From NCBI GenBank assembly GCA_964057225.1, contig OZ059896.1, positions 5,394,001-5,458,000 of the forward strand: a stretch of DNA of 64,000 nt, given 5' to 3'. This document shows positions 56,301-64,000 of this stretch, piece after piece. How positions within the stretch are numbered: the first letter of the stretch is position 1; each line of letters opens with the position of its first letter. The notes below the pieces were generated by a model. The model worked only from the letters and a program-made list of their open reading frames with translations, was not told the DNA's origin and ran no database searches. The DNA is from Auanema rhodensis (taxonomy: Eukaryota; Animalia; Nematoda). The position numbers and the translations under genes are program-made.

Positions 56301-59300
56301 ACTGATACTCTATAGTACGTTATATATCTCTTGATAATTTTCTCATTCTTATTTGTATTTGTTAAAATTTCTTCATGTTTTCTTACTGAAAATGCTTCTT
56401 GATACTTTTTTTTGTTTTTAATACTTGATTTTACCATGACTTGTTATAACTTTCTTTCGTATCCTGTTCATGGAATAAATAATAGTTTACTCTTGTATAC
56501 TTTGTACATCTCCTGATAATTTTCTCATTCTTCTTTGTATTCTTGAAAATTTCTTCATGTTTTCTTACTGAAAATCCTTCTTGATACTTCTTCTTTGCTT
56601 TTAAAACTCGATTTTCGCATGAATTGATATTACTTTTTTTGAAACCTGTTCATATTTTAAATGTTTACTGATACTCTATAATACGTTATACATTTCTTGA
56701 TAATTTTCTCATTCTTCTTTGTATTTGTTAAAATTTCTTCATGTTTTCTTATTGAAAATCCTTCTTGATACTTCTTCTTTGCTTTTAATACTTCCCCATG
56801 AAATGATATTACTTTTTTTGAAACCTGTTCATATTTTAAATGTTTACTGATACTCTATAATATGTTATGCATCTTTCGATAATTTTCTCATTCTTTTTTG
56901 TATTTGTTAAAATTTCTTCATGTTTTCTTACTGAAAATCCTTCTTGATACTTCTTCTTTGCTTTTAAAACTTGATTTTACCATGACTTGTTATAACTTTT
57001 TTTGAAACCTGTTCATATTTAAAATGTTTACTGATACTCTATAATACGTTATGCATCTCTTGATAATTTTTTCATTCTTCTTTGTATTTGTTAAAATTTC
57101 TTCATGTTTTCTTACTGAAAATCCTTCTTGATACTTTTTTTTTGTTTTTAATACTTGATTTTATCATGACTTGATATTACTTTTGTTGAAACCTGTTCAT
57201 ATTTTAAATGTTTACTGATACTCTAGTATAATTTGTACATCTTTCGATAATTTTCTCATTCTTCTTTGTATTTGTTAAAATTTCTTCATGTTTTCTTGCT
57301 GAAAATCCTTCTTGATACTTCTTCTTTGCTTTTAAAACTTGATTTTACCATGACTTGTTATAACTTTTTTTGAAACCTGTTCATATTCCAAATGTTTACT
57401 GATACTCTATAATATGTTATGCATCTTTCGATAATTTTCTCATTCTTTTTTGTATTTGTTAAAATTTCTTCATGTTTTCTTACTGAAAATCCTTCTTGAT
57501 ACTTCTTCTTTGCTTTTAAAACTTGATTTTACCATGACTTGTTATAACTTTTTTTGAAACCTGTTCATATTCCAAATGTTTACTGATACTCTATAATATG
57601 TTATGCATCTTTCGATAATTTTCTCATTCTTTTTTGTATTTGTTAAAATTTCTTCATGTTTTCCTACTGAAGATGCTTCTTGATACTTTTTTTTGTTTTT
57701 AATACTTGATTTTACCATGACTTGTTATAACTTTCTTTCGTATCATGTTCATGGAATAAATAATATTTTACTCTAGTATATTTTGTACATCTCTTGATAA
57801 TTTTCTCATTCTTTTTTGTATTTGTTAAAATTTCTTCCTGTTTTCTTACTGAAAATGCTTCTTGATACTTTTTTTTTGTTTTTAATACTTGATTTTATCA
57901 TGACTTGATTTTACTTTTGTTGAAACCTGTTCATATTTTAAATGTTTACTGATACTCTAGTATACTTTGTACATCTTTCGATAATTTTGTCATTCTGTTT
58001 TGTATTTGTTAAAATTTCTTCATGTTTTCTTACTGAAAATGCTTCTTGATACTTTTTTTTTGTTTTAATACTTGATTTTATCATGACTTGATTTTACTTT
58101 TGTTGAAACCTGTTCATATTTTAAATGTTTACTGATACTCTAGTATACTTTGTACATCTTTCGCTAATTTTCTCATTCTTCTTTGTATTTGTTAAAATTT
58201 CTTCATGTTTTCTTACTGAAAATCCTTCTTGATACTTCTTCTTTGCTTTTAAAACTTGATTTTACCATGACTTGTTATAACTTTTTTTGAAACCTGTTCA
58301 TATTTAAAATGTTTACTGATACTCTATAGTACGTTATGCATCTCTTGATAATTTTTTCATTCTTCTTTGTATTTGTTAAAATTTCTTCCTGTTTTCTTAC
58401 TGAAAATGCTTCTTGATACTTTTTTTTTGTTTTTAATACTTGATTTTATCATGACTTGATTTTACTTTTGTTGAAACCTGTTCATATTTTAAATGTTTAC
58501 TGATACTCTAGTATACTTTGTACATCTTTCGATAATTTTGTCATTCTGTTTTGTATTTGTTAAAATTTCTTCATGTTTTCTTACTGAAAATGCTTCTTGA
58601 TACTTTTTTTTTGTTTTAATACTTGATTTTATCATGACTTGATTTTACTTTTGTTGAAACCTGTTCATATTTTAAATGTTTACTGATACTCTAGTATACT
58701 TTGTACATCTTTCGCTAATTTTCTCATTCTTCTTTGTATTTGTTAAAATTTCTTCATGTTTTCTTACTGAAAATCCTTCTTGATACTTCTTCTTTGCTTT
58801 TAAAACTTGATTTTACCATGACTTGTTATAACTTTTTTTGAAACCTGTTCATATTTAAAATGTTTACTGATACTCTATAGTACGTTATATATCTCTTGAT
58901 AATTTTCTCATTCTTATTTGTATTTGTTGAAATTTCTTCATGTTTTCTTATTGAAAATCCTTCTTGTTACTTCTTCTTTGCTTTTAATACTTCCCCATGA
59001 AATGATATTACCTTTTTTGAAACCTGTTCATATTTTAAATGTTTACTGATACTCTATAATATGTTATACATCTCTTGATAATTTTCTCATTCTTATTTGT
59101 ATTTGTTGAAATTTCTTCATGTTATCTTACTGAAAATGCTTCTTGATACTTTTTTTTGTTTTTAATACTTGATTTTACCTTGACTTGATATTACTTTCTT
59201 TCGTATCATGTTCATGGAATAAATAATAGTTTACTCTAGTATACTTTGTACATCTCTTGATAATTTTCTCATTCTTATTTGTATTTGTTGAAATTTCTTC

Positions 59301-59652
59301 ATGTTTTCTTATTGAAAATCCTTCTTGATACTTCTTCTTCGCTTTTAATACTTCCCCATGAAATGATATTACTTTTTTTGAAACCTGTTCATATTTTAAA
59401 TGTTTACTGATACTCTATTATACGTTATGCATCTCTTGATAATTTTTTCATTCTTCTTTGTATTTGTTAAAATTTCTTCATGTTTTCTTACTGAAAATCC
59501 TTCTTGATACTTCTTCTCTGCTTTTAATACTTTCCCATGAATTGATATTACTTTTTTTGAAACCTGTTCATATTTTAAATGTTTACTGATACTCTATAAT
59601 ACGTTATGCATCTCTTGATAATTTTCTCATTCTTATTTGTATTTGTTAAAAT
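50379..59652 (-). repeat. Main 179/184-bp satellite block (about 51 units), T-rich orientation, with multi-monomer duplications
   Basis: Reverse complement of the preceding block. The 184-bp period is seen at gattttacca 57341/57525. Monomer subtypes are mixed. Confidence 0.97.
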
Positions 59653-59659
59653 GTGAAAA

Positions 59660-59740
59660 AAAATGTGAAGAATTTTCAAGAAATATAAATAAGATCAAAC
59701 AATTATCAGGAGATGTATAGAGTATACTAGAGTAAATAAA
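59660..59740 (+). repeat. Partial diverged inner-satellite monomer attached to linker copy 3
   Basis: Reverse complement of ~47673-47755 / 45837-45917 (aaaatgtgaagaattttcaag...agagtaaataaa). Confidence 0.85.
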
Positions 59741-60065
59741 CCACGCCCACATTCCTAACGTCAATGAAAGCCGAACTGTACAAATGCTAATATATTAACT
59801 AGTTAGCTAAATCTCTCAATATATACATTATATTTATATATATAAGTATAAATATGAAAAAAAAAAGAGAAAAAATAAAAATTAAAAAAAATACAACACT
59901 AAGAATATTCAAATTTTCAAAATAGCATAAGCAAGCAATGAAAATCTAAACAATCATATCATTTTAAAAAAAAGAAAGAGCGGTTGTAGTCAGCATCATT
60001 ACTTCAACTTCTAATCAACAACAAGCACATAGCACAGATAAGTCAATCACTATTTTATTATTCAA

Positions 60066-60110
60066 TCATATAAATTCAAGACCTTTTCCTCCTTTACCAC
60101 GTTCAGACAT
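60066..60110 (-). pseudogene. H4: Histone H4 5' fragment, copy 3 (MSERGKGGKGL-EFI*)
   Basis: aagaccttttcctcctttaccacgttcagacat is the reverse complement of the H4-like start. Confidence 0.88.
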
Positions 60111-60546
60111 GCTGATCAAGCTGTGTGTTGAATAGTAACCCTAGCATCTCCGTTATATACTAGTGCTGTAGAGGTCACCGCGCAAAAACCCATTGTAATC
60201 GCCACCAAGCATATTGGCGCTTAATTTTGCCGCTCAATTCTAGAAATGTATATTTAAATTTTATATAAACGATAAGAATAACATAAACAACTGTTTATTT
60301 GCGAACAAACGTGGAATAGAAACATGTGAGGCATTAGATATGATCACTGTTGTTGTTATCAACATGAAAGCATAATTAATGAAATTCATAAAAAAAAATA
60401 GAGATGGATATGGAGTATCAAAGATAGGGATTCTCCTTTACATAAGAGCGAAACATATCATATCAATTATCATTACATAGCAAAAAAAGACAAGACAGAC
60501 ACAGTATTATATTATAAATCATTATGAATACATCAAATTTAAATGT

Positions 60547-60562
60547 GGCCCTAAAGAGGGCC
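60547..60562 (-). terminator. Histone mRNA 3'-end stem-loop, inverted copy
   Basis: ggccctaaagagggcc is the reverse complement of GGCCCTCTTTAGGGCC. Confidence 0.85.
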
Positions 60563-60589
60563 GTTGGGTTGTTGATTAGAAGTTGAAGT

Positions 60590-63500
60590 AAATCTGATAA
60601 CACAGATTGACGCAGCTTAAAAATCCGCATCGAATGCACTATACTACATGGAGAAACGCTCAATACAAAAATTAGTTATGATCGTTTGAAAAATGATGCA
60701 TTAGTGTATGTTGAGTTTCCATGTACAATCAACATTGCTTCCAAAAACATTTTGACAAAAAGTTTCCCGAAAAATTTCAAAATAATTTCACAAAAAGTAG
60801 ATGTTTTTAGATTCCTTTTTTCAAGATAAAAACGATGGACATTGTTATTCAACAAAAAAATTAATTCTTCACGGTGAAAATCGAGGATATAAGTGTGAAC
60901 CTATATCAGTTGATATCTCGGTGCATTTTTAAGCTAGCGCAAATCTGATAACACAGATCGACGCAGCTTAAAAATCCGCATCGAATGCACTATACTACAT
61001 GGAGAAACGCTCAATACAAAAATTAGTTATGATCGTTTGAAAAATGATGCATTAGTGTATGTTGAGTTTCCATGTACACTCAACATTGCTTCCAAAAACA
61101 TTTTGACAAAAAGTTTCCCGAAAAATTTCAAAATAATTTCACAAAAAGTAGATGTTTTTAGATTCCTTTTTTTAAGACAAAGACGATGGACATTGTTATT
61201 CAACGAAAAAATTAATTCTTCAGGGTGAAAATCGAGGATATAAGTGTGAACTTATATCAGTTGATATCTCGGTGCATTTTTAAGCTAGCGCAAATCTGAT
61301 AACACAGATCGACGCAGCTTAAAAATCCGCATCGAATGCACTATACTACATTAAGAAAAGCTTAATACAAAAATTAGTTATGATCGTTTGAAAAATGATG
61401 CATTAGTGTATGTTGAGTTTCCATGTACACTCAACATTGCTTCCAAAAACATTTTGACAAAAAGTTTCCCGAAAAATTTCAAAATAATTTCACAAAAAGT
61501 AGATGTTTTTAGATTCCTTTTTTCAAGACAAAGACGATGGACATTGTTATTCAACAAAAAAATTAATTCTTCACGGTGAAAATCGAGGATATAAGTGTGA
61601 ACTTATATCAGTTGATATCTCGGTGCATTTTTAAGCTAGCGCAAATCTGATAACACAGATCGACGCAGCTTAAAAATCCGCATCGAATGCACTATACTAC
61701 ATTAAGAAAAGCTTAATACAAAAATTAGTTATGATCGTTTGAAAAATGATGCATTAGTGTATGTTGAGTTTCCATGTACAATCAACATTGCTTCCAAAAA
61801 CATTTTGACAAAAAGTTTCCCGAAAAATTTCAAAATAATTTCACAAAAAGTAGATGTTTTTAGATTCCTTTTTTCAAGACAAAGACGATGGACATTGTTA
61901 TTCAACAAAAAAATTAATTCTTCACGGTGAAAATCGAGGATATAAGTGTGAACCTATATCAGTTGATATCTCGGTGCATTTTCAAGCTAGCGCAAATCTG
62001 ATAACACAGATCGACGCAGCTTAAAAATCCGCATCGAATGCACTATACTACATTAAGAAAAGCTTAATACAAAAATTAGTTATGATCGTTTGAAAAATGA
62101 TGCATTAGTGTATGTTGAGTTTCCATGTACACTCAACATTGCTTCCAAAAACATTTTGACAAAAATTTTCCCGAAAAATTTCAAAATAATTTCACAAAAA
62201 GTAGATGTTTTTAGATTCCTTTTTTCAAGACAAAGACGATGGACATTGTTATTCAACAAAAAATTAATTCTTCAGGGTGAAAATCGAGGATATAAGTGTG
62301 AACTTATATCAGTTGATATCTCGGTGCATTTTTAAGCTAGCGCAAATCTGATAACACAGATCGACGCAGCTTAAAAATCCGCATCGAATGCACTATACTA
62401 CATTAAGAAAAGCTTAATACAAAAATTAGTTATGATCGTTTGAAAAATGATGCATTAGTGTATGTTGAGTTTCCATGTACACTCAACATTGCTTCCAAAA
62501 ACATTTTGACAAAAATTTTCCCGAAAAATTTCAAAATAATTTCACAGAAAGTAGATGTTTTTAGATTCCTTTTTTCAAGACAAAGACGATGGACATTGTT
62601 ATTCAACAAAAAAATTAATTCTTCACGGTGAAAATCGAGGATATAAGTGTGAACCTATATCAGTTGATATCTCGGTGCATTTTCAAGCTAGCGCAAATCT
62701 GATAACACAGATCGACGCAGCTTAAAAATCCGCATCGAATGCACTATACTACATTAAGAAAAGCTTAATACAAAAATTAGTTATGATCGTTTGAAAAATG
62801 ATGCATTAGTGTATGTTGAGTTTCCATGTACACTCAACATTGCTTCCAAAAACATTTTGACAAAAATTTTCCCGAAAAATTTCAAAATAATTTCACAAAA
62901 AGTAGATGTTTTTAGATTCCTTTTTTCAAGACAAAGACGATGGACATTGTTATTCAACAAAAAAATTAATTCTTCACGGTGAAAATCGAGGATATAAGTG
63001 TGAACCTATATCAGTTGATATCTCGGTGCATTTTCAAGCTAGCGCAAATCTGATAACACAGATCGACGCAGCTTAAAAATCCGCATCGAATGCACTATAC
63101 TACATTAAGAAAAGCTTAATACAAAAATTAGTTATGATCGTTTGAAAAATGATGCATTAGTGTATGTTGAGTTTCCATGTACACTCAACATTGCTTCCAA
63201 AAACATTTTGACAAAAATTTTCCCGAAAAATTTCAAAATAATTTCACAAAAAGTAGATGTTTTTAGATTCCTTTTTTCAAGACAAAGACGATGGACATTG
63301 TTATTCAACAAAAAAATTAATTCTTCAGGGTGAAAATCGAGGATATAAGTGTGAACTTATATCAGTTGATATCTCGGTGCATTTTTAAGCTAGCGCAAAT
63401 CTGATAACACAGATCGACGCAGCTTAAAAATCCACATCGAATGCACTATACTACATTGGGAAACACTCAATACAAAAATTAGTTATGATCGTTTGAAAAA

Positions 63501-64000
63501 TGATGCATTAGTGTATGTTGAGTTTCCATGTACACTCAACATTGCTTCCAAAAACATTTTGACAAAAATTTTCCCGAAAAATTTCAAAATAATTTCACAA
63601 AAAGTAGATGTTTTTAGATTCCTTTTTTCAAGACAAAGACGATGGACATTGTTATTCAACAAAAAAATTAATTCTTCAGGGTGAAAATCGAGGATATAAG
63701 TGTGAACTTATATCAGTTGATATCTCGGTGCATTTTTAAGCTAGCGCAAATCTGATAACACAGATCGACGCAGCTTAAAAATCCGCATCGAATGCACTAT
63801 ACTACATTAAGAAAAGCTTAATACAAAAATTAGTTATGATCGTTTGAAAAATGATGCATTAGTGTATGTTGAGTTTCCATGTACACTCAACATTGCTTCC
63901 AAAAACATTTTGACAAAAATTTTCCCGAAAAATTTCAAAATAATTTCACAAAAAGTAGATGTTTTTAGATTCCTTTTTTCAAGACAAAGACGATGGACAT
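60590..64000 (-). repeat. 351-bp satellite, right arm, inverted orientation, variant subfamily (about 9.7 units; continues beyond the window)
   Basis: Reverse complement of the left array. ORF starts 61037/61388/61739/62090 are 351 apart, and one unit is 350 bp (62090-62440). It has the same breakpoint within the monomer as the left arm (aaatctgataacac). Confidence 0.99.

Larger units (their letters stand above)
59741..60589 (-). other. Linker copy 3, full-length inverted copy
   Basis: Reverse complement of 44976-45836 with a few substitutions and indels. The 24-bp inverted repeats are at 59999-60022 and 60568-60591, and the TATATAA complement is at 60153-60159. Confidence 0.96.

Noticed and set aside
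1-59652. 351-bp satellite as a dimer of the 179-bp satellite
   Set aside because: The lengths are suggestive, but by eye I see no alignable similarity beyond A/T tracts. A consensus-versus-consensus alignment would be needed.
44976-60589. Whole island as one large foldback/TIR transposon inserted into the satellite
   Set aside because: The flanking satellite is itself inverted and breaks at the same monomer base on both sides, so the symmetry extends beyond the island. There is no target-site duplication or transposase.
41574-63684. Repeated 63-81-aa ORFs (MKNDALVYVEF...) and junction ORFs (MSVSPCSIV...)
   Set aside because: Antisense translations of the satellite or satellite-linker junction with non-ATG starts; no coding features.
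1-64000. CRISPR array or other repeat-spacer system
   Set aside because: Units are repeated over their whole length with no unique spacers, there are no cas genes, and the histone-derived sequence indicates a eukaryote.

Overview
This is eukaryotic heterochromatin-type DNA with no intact protein-coding gene; every supplied ORF is a chance translation of repeats. A highly homogeneous 351-bp AT-rich satellite array (1-~44975, about 129 units) and an oppositely oriented, distinct variant of the same satellite (~60590-64000) flank a ~15.6-kb island. The island is bounded by two inverted copies of an ~860-bp non-satellite linker (44976-~45836 and ~59741-60589), and a 5'-truncated third copy lies at 47104-~47672. 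It is otherwise filled with a second, 179/184-bp satellite that switches strand repeatedly. The linker looks like a captured piece of a replication-dependent histone gene cluster: a histone 3' stem-loop (GGCCCT-CTTT-AGGGCC), a spacer, CCAAT and TATA elements, and the first 11 codons of histone H4 (MSERGKGGKGL). This piece is enclosed by a perfect 24-bp inverted repeat. The two full copies point their H4-type promoters convergently into the inner satellite, and their stem-loops cap the ends of both 351-bp arrays. The structure is directly visible; any function is inference. Boundary coordinates were read by eye and may be off by a few bases.
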